A stretch of DNA of 64,000 bases from an uncultured Chroococcidiopsis sp. (GCA_964248365.1 CAXTYC010000002.1:262547-326546), one strand, 5' to 3'; shown: positions 38,171 through 49,222, numbered from the stretch's first letter. Notes: a model not told the origin generated them from the letters alone. A program made the numbers and translations.

Positions 38171-39319
38171 TCAACTTGAAGTGTCTCCGACAAGTGAGCT
38201 TAACAACATATATATTTCTTTACCATAAAGCTCCTGGGAAAAAAGCTTGGCAGCCCATTGGCGACCATTCTCACCCATTTGTTTAGCCTCTGCTGGATGC
38301 TCATAAAGATATCGGATTTTCTGCGCCAGCTCCTTATGATCTCCCACAGGATATAGGAAGCCATTAAATCCATCTTGGATTAACTCTTGTGTACCGCCAC
38401 TTTTTGCGCCAACCACTGGCTTTCCAACTCGCATACCCTCGATTGTCACCCTACCGAAAGCTTCACACCTAGAGCAGACAAGTACCACATCAGCACTTTG
38501 CATATACCCAAAGGCGTTTTCGACATAACCAATGAATGTGACGTATTTCTCCAGGTTGTTTTGGGTCACAATTGTTTGTAAATATTGGTGGTAACGTAAG
38601 TCCCCATTTCCAACAATGTAAAGTTCTGCTTTTATGCCCATCTGCATCAAATCAGCAATGGCTCGGATAGCGTCTTCCTGTCTCTTTCCTTCTGCTATTG
38701 CGCCCACGATAACGCACCTGAAGTGGTTTGGGGCTGGCTGGGTAACAGTTAATCGGTTCGGAGCAAAGTTTACCGCTTGATAAACCACCTGCAACTTTGA
38801 GGGTGTTATGAACTGCTGGTACTTTTGAGCTACAGCCTTGGAGTTAACGATGCAAACCTGGGAAAGCCTATCGACCAGCCTTAAAGTCAATTCTCGACCG
38901 AGGTCAAAGACCTGACCATGATCCTCGTAAATAAACTCACGGATGTGCCACACATGAGGTCGCCCAAGAAGTGCGGCGGCGAAAGCTCCAACACCTACAC
39001 TAATGGTATTGGTATACACAATGTCGCACTGCCAACGCATAATCTTTACAGCAATACGGGGTGTCATAGCCAGGTTTTTTAGCAGCTTACGTAAACGCGC
39101 CCGCCTGCCAATGTTCGGATTATCTATCCATGCTTTATATGGAATTACACAAACAGGGACACCACGACGGCTCAATTCATCCTCTAGTGGTCCGTATCCA
39201 GGCATCAAGACAAAGCACTCCACTCCCTCTTGTTTAAGTATGTCTATGGTTTCAAGGAACGATCTTGGTCCTCCTCTCATTTCTATTCCTACACAGGGCA
39301 AGACTAAGCAAACTTTCAC
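38171..39319 (-). CDS. GT4-family glycosyltransferase
   Basis: VYTNT, HVWHIREF, KRQEDAI and SRCEAFGRVTIEGM..GKPVV motifs. Confidence 0.92.
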   Translation of the reverse strand: MKVCLVLPCVGIEMRGGPRSFLETIDILKQEGVECFVLMPGYGPLEDELSRRGVPVCVIPYKAWIDNPNIGRRARLRKLLKNLAMTPRIAVKIMRWQCDIVYTNTISVGVGAFAAALLGRPHVWHIREFIYEDHGQVFDLGRELTLRLVDRLSQVCIVNSKAVAQKYQQFITPSKLQVVYQAVNFAPNRLTVTQPAPNHFRCVIVGAIAEGKRQEDAIRAIADLMQMGIKAELYIVGNGDLRYHQYLQTIVTQNNLEKYVTFIGYVENAFGYMQSADVVLVCSRCEAFGRVTIEGMRVGKPVVGAKSGGTQELIQDGFNGFLYPVGDHKELAQKIRYLYEHPAEAKQMGENGRQWAAKLFSQELYGKEIYMLLSSLVGDTSS

Positions 39320-40257
39320 ACTTTACCTCAGCTTACATAGCAAAAATAAACTTTTTGAGCAACCACTAATTGAAACGTTAGTTTAATTGTTTTGATAAGA
39401 TGCTGTTTAGGGTTGTGGTTGGTTCTGTTTGTTCGTACCCACGACATCGTAGCCAACCTACAAATCTATCTATTTCTAATACTACCTGGTAAAAGAGAGC
39501 CTGTTGAAGTCTAAATAAGTCACACACTGGCAGATTTCATAACTTCACCACTAGATTTTTTCCATGTTTTTTCAAAAATGTTGAATGAATTTACTTGACT
39601 TTATCATGATTATATATTGATAAATACGAAGAAATTTAACTAATTCTCTCATACGAGAGTTTAGCTGTTTTATTGAGTTTTTATTTGGGTAGCGATCGCA
39701 TTCATTGTCAACCAAACCTAACACGACGAGTTATCAATCAAGTGTCACACTTGGAATGATGACACTATTATCCCTGAGTACAAAATAACTAGCGCGCGTA
39801 GACGAAATTATCCAAAAAGGCAATGAAGAAACATATATAAAACTTGATGAAATATTAGCCGCACTAGCACAAATATGGCGCTAGTCGCGTGAAGCAAGAG
39901 CTGAGTATCTCCTATTGCAGCAAACCTTTCACCTCTTAATTGACCTACAATAGTTTTGGGCGATCGCCTGTATCCCCGACTTGTACTGTATAAATGGCTG
40001 AGCGCAAAAACTTGTAATAATTTTTTCTTATCACCTTTGCCTCTACTCTGCCTTGGGCGAAAACTATAGAAAATTTTCCCCCACATAACAGATTTGTTAG
40101 GGGTTCAAAACCAAGGTATAGAGAAGGGGGCAAAATTTTCTATAACTTTGATGATACCCTTGAGGCTCCACTAGCCTTTGGCAACGCTTTGCGAACGCGT
40201 CTTTGCGTTGATCGCGCGACATTATCATCCATATATTTTGCCAGACGGTATCTGCTG

Positions 40258-41223
40258 TTACATTTGGCGAGCTAAACGTTTGGCAAAAGTTCTTTGAACA
40301 CGCTGCGTCCGTGCAATAATCCTATTGATAGAGGAACGAGATCGAGGAGGGGAATTATCTGCTTTCGGATCTAACTCTGAGCTAGCCAGGCATTCTCTAT
40401 CAATTAGTTCTTCTGTAGAATATTGTTGCCGCGATCGCCACTGGCTACGAGGTATTTGCTCATGGGCAAATAATTTACCCACACTGCCCAAGCAGTGATA
40501 ACATGACTTCAACGGTTCAGTAGCATTTAAATATGCTAGTAAATCATGGGCAAATTGGGGAGAATCAGTAATTTTGATTCCATTTATATTAGGTTTTAAA
40601 ATATCGTTTTTAATTACTCTTGGCAAAAATAAACTTTGGGGACACTTATAAAAATATCCCTCAGCAATAGTATGAGAATGCCAAATATGAGCTATTTTAC
40701 AAGTCGAATAAATCCGCTCAACTAGTGAGGTATCCTTTGTACCTACTTCCGAGTACGATTCCCGAAAATCGTCAAAGTCAAAAGATTCGAGAACTACATT
40801 ATGTAATCTTGCTTTATGTTCAATTTCTTCTAAATGCTGTAAATTTACTTTTTTTTCTGGATAAAGTGAGATACAGACTTCATCAACTTTTTTCCAAAAG
40901 GTATCTGTTACTTTGGCTAATAAATGACCATTAGTTACAACTTGTATATATTGACTAACACCTGAACTACGAACGGCATCAATTATTTCAATTAAATCAG
41001 GATGTAGTAGCGGTTCACCACCAATAATTTTTATATATTTAGAACGATAATAATTTGCTAATATAGAAAAATCATTAAATACTTGCCCAGGGTCTACAAA
41101 GAAATTTGTAAAAATGGGTGATAAGTGACTACACCCACGACAGGAAAGATTGCAATGATAAACTACATTGAGTTCACAAGCATTTGGATTATAAATTTTT
41201 CCATCTATTATCTGATAAGACAC
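40258..41223 (-). CDS. Radical SAM protein of unknown function
   Basis: CNLSCRGCSH (CxxxCxxC), IGGEPLLHP and VTNG motifs, plus C-terminal Cys residues (TCK, YKCP, SCYHCLG) suggestive of an auxiliary (twitch-like) cluster. Confidence 0.88.
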   Translation of the reverse strand: MSYQIIDGKIYNPNACELNVVYHCNLSCRGCSHLSPIFTNFFVDPGQVFNDFSILANYYRSKYIKIIGGEPLLHPDLIEIIDAVRSSGVSQYIQVVTNGHLLAKVTDTFWKKVDEVCISLYPEKKVNLQHLEEIEHKARLHNVVLESFDFDDFRESYSEVGTKDTSLVERIYSTCKIAHIWHSHTIAEGYFYKCPQSLFLPRVIKNDILKPNINGIKITDSPQFAHDLLAYLNATEPLKSCYHCLGSVGKLFAHEQIPRSQWRSRQQYSTEELIDRECLASSELDPKADNSPPRSRSSINRIIARTQRVQRTFAKRLARQM

Positions 41224-41665
41224 TAGTTTTCTCCCGTCATATCTTAGAAAAGTTAGATTTTCTTTCCCAAAATACTTGGCTCTATAAGAATTGATATTTA
41301 ATAAATTTAATAGGTATTCTTGGTCTTTTAATGATATAAAAGTGTAAGACCATGAAAAATGATGGTCAACACCTCAACTCAAAAACAAAACCAGCCTAGC
41401 TTTCTGACTAAGTAGTATAACCAAAATTTTACCGAAAAAAAGTAGCTAAATATACAAGCTGCTCGGCTAAGCCCAGCCTGAATCTAGAAGGGGTAATTCA
41501 TAGCTGAAGGGACAAGGGAAAGGCAAAAGGGTAAAGGTGAAAGGGTAAAGGGTAAAGGAGACAGAAGACAGGAGTCAGGAGACAGAAGAGAGAATAGTTA
41601 ATTGTTCATTTCCCCCCCCCTTGCGCCCCCTGCCCCCCAGATCCCCAGCCCTCTTTGGTCAGAAG

Positions 41666-43726
41666 CTATTTAGCCACTGGTTGTGCTTCTAGATAGGTTA
41701 GTTCTTGGAACTGAATCACGTCTTGGCGGGGATCAACATGGGCAACTTTGACAAAGATTTGTTCGCCCAGAGCTACAGAACGTTTGCAAAACATTGGCAA
41801 CTGTAGCCCTAAATCCTCAATTAGAATCAGTGCCAAACGGCTATCTTCTCGCAGCCACATTAGTATTGTCGCTTGCCATATTTGTTCTGGATGGCGGCGG
41901 AGATATTCTAAACCCCAATAGCGGTTAGTTTGGCGTTCCACCAAAGTTATTTCTTGAGCAGATGCGGTAACACTTTGCATTACTTCTCTGAGTTGTTCTG
42001 CACTAAAGGGGGGTATTTCACCGCGTAGATGTGCCTTGAGTTGAAAGTGGGTCAGAAGGTCGGTGTAGCGGCGAATGGGAGATGTCGCCTGAGTATACAT
42101 TTCCAAACCTAAGCCAGCATGACGTGCAGGCGTAATGCTCATCTCACTTTTGGGCATACATCGACGCATAGCACAAGCACGAACTGGTCCTGCTGGTAGT
42201 TGTAGTAATTCCTCTTGAGGGGGTAACTCTGGCTGAGGCTGACCTCGAAAAGGTAGAGCAAGATTGTGAGCCATCCCATACCTTCCAGCCACTTCCCCAG
42301 CCAAAATCATCATTTCTGCTACCAATTGCCGAGATAGGGAGTCGTTTAAAACCTCAATGATAATTTCGTTGTCTTTGACTTTAATCATTGACTCTGGTAG
42401 GTTGATACTGATTGCTCCTTGAGACTGTCTCCAAGTTTGACGACGTTTTGCCCAAGTAGCGATCGCCTCTATTTCTGGCTCAGCTTCTACCCCCAACTCC
42501 AGCATCTCATCTACATCTTCGTAGGTAAGGCGATAGGTAGGCTTAATCAAACTCGTATGGATGCTGTATTCTTGGATTGCCCCCACTTCATCCAAAATCA
42601 CTCCGAAACTAAGGGAATGGCAAATTTTCCCCTGTACTAGACTCATTGGTCCTGTTGCCAACGCTACCGGAAACATCGGACACATCCCCGTAGGCAGATA
42701 CATTGTTGTACCGCGCCGCCTGGCTTCTAGGTCTAATTCATCCTCTGGCATTAACCAACGGGTAGGATCTGCTATATGCACCCACAAGCGCTGCTGCCCA
42801 GAAGCTAGCAATTCCCAACTTAGACCATCATCAATTTCGCTTGTACTTTGGTCATCAATTGTATAAACTTTCAAATGGGTGAGATCCAGACGCTCTGAGT
42901 CTGGGTCAGGGGGCGGGAAATCCAAACGCTGTTGCGCCACTTCTAATACCTTAGTAGAAAAATCAACTGAGATTTGACTGCGACGTAGAAACAGGTTTTC
43001 GTGAGGACTCCATACACCCAAATCCACCAAAAGTTGAAAAGCTGCTTGGGGAGTAGTGGGTCGTCCCAGAGTATTCATAGTTTCCTGCACCAGGATGGGA
43101 GGGGGGTAGGAACGGACAAGAGCATCTTGATTCAAGCCAAGACGCACTGTATCTGCCAACAGCACTCCATACTTAGCTATAGCATCTAAGCGCTGGCGGT
43201 CGTAGCGCTCCCATTCTACCTTTTTCCCATTAATTGCCCTCTCCACCCGCTGTAAGAATTCTTGCTGCTCCCGCTGTCGATTTGCTTCTACTTCTAGCTG
43301 GTGTTTTCGTTCTGCTACCTGAGCAACGGTTCGAGGCTCGTAAGCGTCTCCCTTTTGCTTGAAATAAAGCTTATCTTCACAGAGTAAACAATGGGCGGCA
43401 TAGCACTGGGGTGGACTTTGATCCGAAAACAGTAGGTTTGCCATTTCGGCTGGGGTAACTGTTTCGCCATCTTCTACCAACAGTTCCCACGCTACTTCTA
43501 GGCTAGAAGGATCGAGTAATGGTTGTACTTCTGCTACAAAAGCGGCTATTTCCGACTGTTTATAAGTTTGACCACGTACCTCATAGGTGATCTGTCGGGG
43601 TGCTAGGCTGTGTGATTGACCACGTTCATCAATGACGAACCAGCGCGTTTTACCGTCAGGACGGTCTACGACACCTAAGCGGCGATCGCCTTGCACCCTA
43701 AATTCAACTAGTGTTCCCTTTTCCAC
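41666..43726 (-). CDS. rnb: Exoribonuclease II (RNB domain)
   Basis: YTIDD..T.EIDDGLS, VHIADP, LVAEMMILAG, HAGLGL and ATSPIRRYTDL motifs. Confidence 0.93.
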   Translation of the reverse strand: MEKGTLVEFRVQGDRRLGVVDRPDGKTRWFVIDERGQSHSLAPRQITYEVRGQTYKQSEIAAFVAEVQPLLDPSSLEVAWELLVEDGETVTPAEMANLLFSDQSPPQCYAAHCLLCEDKLYFKQKGDAYEPRTVAQVAERKHQLEVEANRQREQQEFLQRVERAINGKKVEWERYDRQRLDAIAKYGVLLADTVRLGLNQDALVRSYPPPILVQETMNTLGRPTTPQAAFQLLVDLGVWSPHENLFLRRSQISVDFSTKVLEVAQQRLDFPPPDPDSERLDLTHLKVYTIDDQSTSEIDDGLSWELLASGQQRLWVHIADPTRWLMPEDELDLEARRRGTTMYLPTGMCPMFPVALATGPMSLVQGKICHSLSFGVILDEVGAIQEYSIHTSLIKPTYRLTYEDVDEMLELGVEAEPEIEAIATWAKRRQTWRQSQGAISINLPESMIKVKDNEIIIEVLNDSLSRQLVAEMMILAGEVAGRYGMAHNLALPFRGQPQPELPPQEELLQLPAGPVRACAMRRCMPKSEMSITPARHAGLGLEMYTQATSPIRRYTDLLTHFQLKAHLRGEIPPFSAEQLREVMQSVTASAQEITLVERQTNRYWGLEYLRRHPEQIWQATILMWLREDSRLALILIEDLGLQLPMFCKRSVALGEQIFVKVAHVDPRQDVIQFQELTYLEAQPVAK

Positions 43727-43984
43727 AAAATACTAAGTAGTGAGTAGTGAGTAGTGAGTAGTGAGTAGGGTAAAGGTGAAAGGGTGAAGGGGAAAGGGAA
43801 AGGGTAAAGGTAATTCGTAATTCGTAATTCGTAATTAATGATTCTCCCCTGCCCCCCTGCTCCTTGCGCCCCCCTGCCCTCTGTCTCCTTCACACTTCCA
43901 GGCCTTCATCCTTCATCCTTAGATCGCCACTCGCCTCTCACCCCTTGCCACTTTTTTAGCATTGGGCATTCAACATTGTGATCT

Positions 43985-44200
43985 TTATCCTTCTGGGTTG
44001 ATGAAGGGTAATAAAGCCACGATCCGCGCCCGCTTAATTGCTAGCGTTAAATCTCGCTGTTGCTTTGCTGTCAACCCTGTCAGGCGACGTGGTAGGATTT
44101 TACCCCTTTCTGTAATAAATTTTCGCAATAAATCTACATCTTTGTAGTCTATTGGATCTTGTGGCTTAATTGGCGAGAGGCGGCGACGATAGAAACTCAT
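43985..44200 (-). CDS. rpsR: 30S ribosomal protein S18
   Basis: [23 protein letters not shown]...AIKRAR..ALLPF. Confidence 0.98.
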   Translation of the reverse strand: MSFYRRRLSPIKPQDPIDYKDVDLLRKFITERGKILPRRLTGLTAKQQRDLTLAIKRARIVALLPFINPEG

Positions 44201-44220
44201 GCTTATTTAATTTCCTTTTT

Positions 44221-44415
44221 CTACTTAATTTCTTTATGTACAACGTGACGGTTACAGTGAGGGCAAAACTTTTTCAGTTCTAGCCGTGCCGTAGTGTTGC
44301 GGCGGTTTTTTGTACTGGTGTATCGGGAAACACCTGGCGAGCGCTTATTTAGATTTGTGCGACATTCAGTACATTCCAATGTCACAATGATGCGGACACC
44401 CTTGCCTTTAGCCAT
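44221..44415 (-). CDS. rpmG: 50S ribosomal protein L33 (Zn-ribbon type)
   Basis: LECTEC...[30 protein letters not shown]. Confidence 0.98.
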   Translation of the reverse strand: MAKGKGVRIIVTLECTECRTNLNKRSPGVSRYTSTKNRRNTTARLELKKFCPHCNRHVVHKEIK

Positions 44416-44679
44416 AATACCAATACTAAAATTTTACCGAAATTTTTCGCAAATATTTATTGTCTCATATTGAGTGTAACTTTTGCAAGTAAGATTTTAA
44501 ATGTGAGATAGAGACAATTAGCTTTTAGCGATTAGCTTTTAGCTTTTAGCTATTAGCCAGTAGCCAGTAACAACACTCATTGACACGCTCTTGTATTAAA
44601 GAACCAAAGAAGCTAGCTCCAAAGAAGATCTACTAATAGCTAAGTGCTAACCGCTAACCGCGTTTATCAACACAAACCA

Positions 44680-45672
44680 ATGATTGAAGTTGAGCATTTA
44701 AGTAAAATTTACGGTTCCCAGCTAGGAATTGGGGATGTCACCTTTAGCGTAGAGCCAGGGGAGATCATGGGTTTTTTGGGACCTAATGGAGCTGGGAAAA
44801 CTACGACGATGCGGATTTTGGCAGGTTATCTACCCGCCAGTAGTGGAACCGCTCGAATTGCTGGCTACGACGTGCATAATCAATCGTTAGCGGTACGAAA
44901 GCGAATAGGATATTTGCCAGAAACACCGCCCTTGTATCCAGAAATGACAGTAGAGGGTTTTCTTTATTTTGTCGCACGACTCAAGGGAGTACCATCCGGC
45001 GATCGCAATCGTCAAGTCAAAGCAGCAATAGAACGGTGCAACTTAGAAGAAAAACGCCTGGTTCTCATCCGCAAGCTGTCAAAGGGATTTCGCCAACGAG
45101 TGGGAATTGCTCAGGCGATCGTCCACGATCCACCAGCGATCATTTTGGATGAACCTACAGTAGGACTCGATCCACGCCAAATCATCGAAGTCCGCAATTT
45201 AATTAAAAGTCTTGCAGGTAGTCACACGATTATTCTTTCTACCCATATCTTGCCAGAAGTAAGCATGACCTGTAACCGAGTCACGATCATCAATCGCGGC
45301 AAAGTCGTAGCTACAAATACTCCTGAAAATCTAGAAGCGAGTTTAGCAGGAGGGGCTGGGTATGAATTAGAAATTGAAGGCGATGCAGCTGCTGCTACCG
45401 AGCAACTATTGCAGCTATTGCCTAGTGTACGGCTAGTAGAATCAATTCCTCTAGGAGCAGATCAAAGATCCTTAACCGCCAATCGTGCTTGTCTGCGAGT
45501 CGTATCCAAACCAGGAACTGAACCAGGCGCGGATATTATTACAGTTCTTGTAGGCATGGGACTAAAAATTTACGAAATGCGGCGGACTAAGGCATCTTTA
45601 GAAGATGTGTTCTTGGAACTGACTACAGAGGAAAAGCAACCGCTGCCAGAGTCAGAAGGAGAAGTTGCTTAA
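44680..45672 (+). CDS. ABC transporter ATP-binding protein (GldA-like)
   Basis: GPNGAGKTT, LSKGFRQRVG and ILDEPTVGLDP motifs. Start taken as ATG 44680. Confidence 0.92.
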   Translation: MIEVEHLSKIYGSQLGIGDVTFSVEPGEIMGFLGPNGAGKTTTMRILAGYLPASSGTARIAGYDVHNQSLAVRKRIGYLPETPPLYPEMTVEGFLYFVARLKGVPSGDRNRQVKAAIERCNLEEKRLVLIRKLSKGFRQRVGIAQAIVHDPPAIILDEPTVGLDPRQIIEVRNLIKSLAGSHTIILSTHILPEVSMTCNRVTIINRGKVVATNTPENLEASLAGGAGYELEIEGDAAAATEQLLQLLPSVRLVESIPLGADQRSLTANRACLRVVSKPGTEPGADIITVLVGMGLKIYEMRRTKASLEDVFLELTTEEKQPLPESEGEVA

Positions 45673-45673
45673 T

Positions 45674-46486
45674 ATGGGTGTAATACTGGGCAACATCATT
45701 GCCATCTACCGACGGGAATTACAAAGCTATTTTGCCTCGCCTTTAGCCTATGCGATCGCTGGTATTTTCTGGCTGTTATCTGGGTTTTTCTTTGTGCTGA
45801 TTCTCTTGGGACCACAAGGAATTATTCAGCAAGTTGGGCAAAGGGATTTACAAGCACAACAGCTAGGAGTACCTGTACCACCTATAGATGTGGCATACGA
45901 ATTTCTGCAAGCATTTTTAGGCATTATGGGTTCTCTTGCCTTGTTCATTTTGCCGATTTTGTCAATGGGTTTATATGCCGAAGAACGCAAACGCGGAACT
46001 TTGGAATTATTAGCCACATCACCAGTCACAAATTGGGCGGTAGCTGTGGGCAAATTATTGGGAGTGGTGACATTTTTTACCGCTTTGGTACTACCGTTGC
46101 TAGGCATTGAAGCGATCGCCTTGGGTGCAGCTAATCCCCCAGTTCCGCCAGCTGTACCCTTTCTCGGACATCTGGGATTAATTTTATTAGCAGCTGGGGT
46201 ACTATCTTTGGGAATGTTTATTTCTTCCTTGACAGATAGCACTATTCTTGCTGCTATTCTAACCTTTGCCTTAATTTTATTTCTGTGGGTAGTCGATGCG
46301 ATCGCGCAAAATCTTGGTGGTTCAGCCGGACAAGTCTTAGGTCATCTTTCCTTGCTCAAGCATTATACCAACTTGATGCGAGGCATTTTTGATACAACTA
46401 GCCTAGTTGTATTTGCTAGTTACATCATTTTAGGCATCTTTCTCACCGCTCAGTCAATCGATGCCTTGCGTTTCCAGCGCTCATGA
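45674..46486 (+). CDS. ABC-2 permease (GldF-like)
   Basis: RRELQSYFASPLAY and EERKRGTLELLATSP motifs; multiple TM segments. Confidence 0.9.
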   Translation: MGVILGNIIAIYRRELQSYFASPLAYAIAGIFWLLSGFFFVLILLGPQGIIQQVGQRDLQAQQLGVPVPPIDVAYEFLQAFLGIMGSLALFILPILSMGLYAEERKRGTLELLATSPVTNWAVAVGKLLGVVTFFTALVLPLLGIEAIALGAANPPVPPAVPFLGHLGLILLAAGVLSLGMFISSLTDSTILAAILTFALILFLWVVDAIAQNLGGSAGQVLGHLSLLKHYTNLMRGIFDTTSLVVFASYIILGIFLTAQSIDALRFQRS

Positions 46487-46569
46487 TGATTTTAGATTTT
46501 AGATTTTAGATTTTGGATTAAATCTAGAATCTAAACACTAAAATTTAAAATTGAAAATTTAGAATTCAG

Positions 46570-48135
46570 ATGAAAATTGCTCGAAAAAAGAAACAAAATT
46601 ATTGGAAATATTTGTTTTGGCTCGGTCCATTTCTAATTCTCATGGGCTTGTCAGCTGGGGCTGTTTCAGGCACTTGGGGATCGTTACCACTGGGGTTAGT
46701 GATATCTGGAATTGTCCTGAGTGGTTTATGGTTGCTGTTTGGGGCATATAGTACTAACTGGTGGGGGCGGCGTTCTACCCAAGCGGGTACTAATGCGCTT
46801 GTGGCTACCCTTTGTGTGTTAGTCATTCTTGGGTTTTTGAACTTTTTAGCCGTTCGCTACCAGATGCGAGTAGATTTGACAGAAACTGGGCTATATACCC
46901 TCGCACCACAGTCGCAGCAGCTAGTAAAAAATTTGTCCGAACCAGTTAAGGTATGGGTGTTTGATCGCGAACAAAATCCCCAAGATCGGGAACTATTAGA
47001 AAATTATCGCCGTTTTGGGTCGCAGTTTAGCTTTGAGTATGTTGATCCGCAAGCGCGTCCAGGCTTAGCACAACAATTTGGGGTTAAACAATTTGGTGAG
47101 GTTTATCTAGAAGCTAGAGGTATGAGGCGGTTGGTGCAAACGGTGAATCCGCAAGAGCGCTTATCAGAAGTGCAGTTAACCAATAAACTAGAACAAATAC
47201 TGGGCGATCGCACTGCCAAAGTTTATTTTCTCCAAGGTCACGGCGAAAACGCGATCGCAGGTCAACAAGGTGGACTTTCTCAAGCTATCAGCGCTCTGGG
47301 AAACAAGAATTTTACTACTGCACCACTGAATTTACTCCAGCAGCCAGTTCCCAAAGATGCCACCGTTGTAGTAGTAGCTAGTCCTAAACGAGCGTTGTTT
47401 GCACAAGAAGTAAAAGCCTTGAATGATTACCTCAACAGGGGTGGTAGTCTGCTGTTGATGATTGACCCGAATACCAATCCTGGGTTAGATAGTTTGCTGC
47501 AAAACTGGGGAATTACCCTCGACAAGCGTTTGGTTATTGATCCGCAAGGCGCAGCGCTTGGTTTAGGTCCATCGGTTCCTGTCGTAACAAATTACGGTCA
47601 GCATCCAATTACAAAAGATTTTGGTAATGGTTTTTCTTTCTATCAAGGGGCGCGACCAATTGAGATTAAACCTGTAGCTGGTGTACAGGCAACGCCTATA
47701 CTGCAAACTAGTCCTGAAAGTTGGGCAGAAAGCGATTTAAATAATACAGATTTAAAGTTTAATCCCGAAAGCGATATTCGAGGTCCTTTAACTTTGGGAG
47801 TTGCTCTGACTGGCTCGGTACAAGCCCCTTCCAACTCAAAGCAGCCACAATCTAAGCAAAAGCCAACCCAGGCAAGACTTGTTGTGATTGGAAATTCTGA
47901 ATTTGCTACGAATGGACTATTTGAGCAGCAGCTCAATGGAGATGTCTTTCTCAACTCTGTTAGCTGGCTAAGCAATCAAAATCAGCAACAGTTGTCTATT
48001 CGCCCCAAGGAAGCAAAAAATCGTCGTCTCAACTTAACACCCCAGCAAGTTAATATCCTAGGTTGGACATCACTAGCAATTATTCCTCTAATTGGTTTTG
48101 TAACGGCATTCGTTCTCTGGTGGCTACGAAGGTAG
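46570..48135 (+). CDS. GldG-family ABC auxiliary protein
   Basis: DLTE..LYTL, VYFLQGHGE, RLVVIGNSEF and NGDVFLNSVSWL motifs, plus a C-terminal TM ending WWLRR. Confidence 0.9.
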   Translation: MKIARKKKQNYWKYLFWLGPFLILMGLSAGAVSGTWGSLPLGLVISGIVLSGLWLLFGAYSTNWWGRRSTQAGTNALVATLCVLVILGFLNFLAVRYQMRVDLTETGLYTLAPQSQQLVKNLSEPVKVWVFDREQNPQDRELLENYRRFGSQFSFEYVDPQARPGLAQQFGVKQFGEVYLEARGMRRLVQTVNPQERLSEVQLTNKLEQILGDRTAKVYFLQGHGENAIAGQQGGLSQAISALGNKNFTTAPLNLLQQPVPKDATVVVVASPKRALFAQEVKALNDYLNRGGSLLLMIDPNTNPGLDSLLQNWGITLDKRLVIDPQGAALGLGPSVPVVTNYGQHPITKDFGNGFSFYQGARPIEIKPVAGVQATPILQTSPESWAESDLNNTDLKFNPESDIRGPLTLGVALTGSVQAPSNSKQPQSKQKPTQARLVVIGNSEFATNGLFEQQLNGDVFLNSVSWLSNQNQQQLSIRPKEAKNRRLNLTPQQVNILGWTSLAIIPLIGFVTAFVLWWLRR

Positions 48136-48313
48136 GGGCGAGTGTAAGAGGAGGGGGAGAGTGGGAGAGTGGGAAAGTGGGAGAGGGGGAGAGTGGGAGA
48201 ATCATTAATTCTGTATTCAGCAATTCTAAATTCTGTCTTCTGTCTCCTGTCTCCTGACTCCACAACTCCTGACTTCTGTCTTTTGACTCCACAACTCCTG
48301 ACTTCTGTTTTCT

Positions 48314-48916
48314 ATGAAACTACAACGAACTACTCTAATTTTGTTGCTTTTGGCTCTTGGACTAGGGGGCTTTGTCTACTTCTATGAGATTCAAGGTACA
48401 TCCCAAAGGCAAGAAGCCAAGGAACAAAAGCGGCAAATTTTCTCTTTTAAAGAAGATCAGGTACAGTCTTTTACTATCACGACTCAAAACTCTTCTTTGA
48501 GTTTTGAGCGTTCTAATCACGCACCAGGGTGGAGGATGAAGGCTCCCAGTGATAGTCCAGCTAGCGATGCATCTGTATCCTATTTGCTCGATTTGCTGGT
48601 AAGTGGAAAAAGCGATCGCACCCTTCAAGTACCATCGGCTAGGCTGAGGGAATACGGTTTACAACCACCCGTTGCCACTATAGAAATAAAACTTAACAAT
48701 CAGAATCATCGGCTAATTCTGGGCAAGCCGGACTTTAATCACAGTTTTTTATACGCTCAAGCCGATCCCCCACCCTCTCCCAACTCTCAAGTAGATGTAC
48801 TGTTGGTGTCTACAGATTTTGAAAATGCTGTGAATAGATCGTTATCAGAGTGGAAACAACCCCAGCCAAGTCAAACAAAGTCAAAAGTCGAAAGTCAAAA
48901 GTCAAACTTAAAGTAA
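48314..48916 (+). CDS. DUF4340 domain protein
   Basis: N-terminal anchor, W.M..P...PA and EYGL.PP motifs; typical last gene of Gld-like operons. Confidence 0.8.
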   Translation: MKLQRTTLILLLLALGLGGFVYFYEIQGTSQRQEAKEQKRQIFSFKEDQVQSFTITTQNSSLSFERSNHAPGWRMKAPSDSPASDASVSYLLDLLVSGKSDRTLQVPSARLREYGLQPPVATIEIKLNNQNHRLILGKPDFNHSFLYAQADPPPSPNSQVDVLLVSTDFENAVNRSLSEWKQPQPSQTKSKVESQKSNLK

Positions 48917-49222
48917 CCCACTATTATAGCACAGTTAATTAGATTTGAATGAAAACTAAATTAAGTTAACTGATTTTCCTGCACAATTCTTTGCCAAATC
49001 AGGCTCTTTGCCCAAAAAATCCTGAAATCCATATAACTTAAAGGTTTTAACGATCTATATTTGGCAAGCACACCGTAGAATGAGTCAAAGAAATAACGAG
49101 GCAATGGGAGTTTCAGCCATTTTAATTGGAATTCACATCTAAAGGTGGTTGTCTAATCGCTCTCTAATCTCGAAATTTCAGCTTTATATGAATGGTGGTT
49201 GATCTACTCAAAGGAGATTCAA

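Noticed and set aside
39808..40133. ORFs 39808-40086 and 39945-40133
   Set aside because: No recognisable motifs, overlapping frames and no RBS. Probably spurious or heavily decayed.
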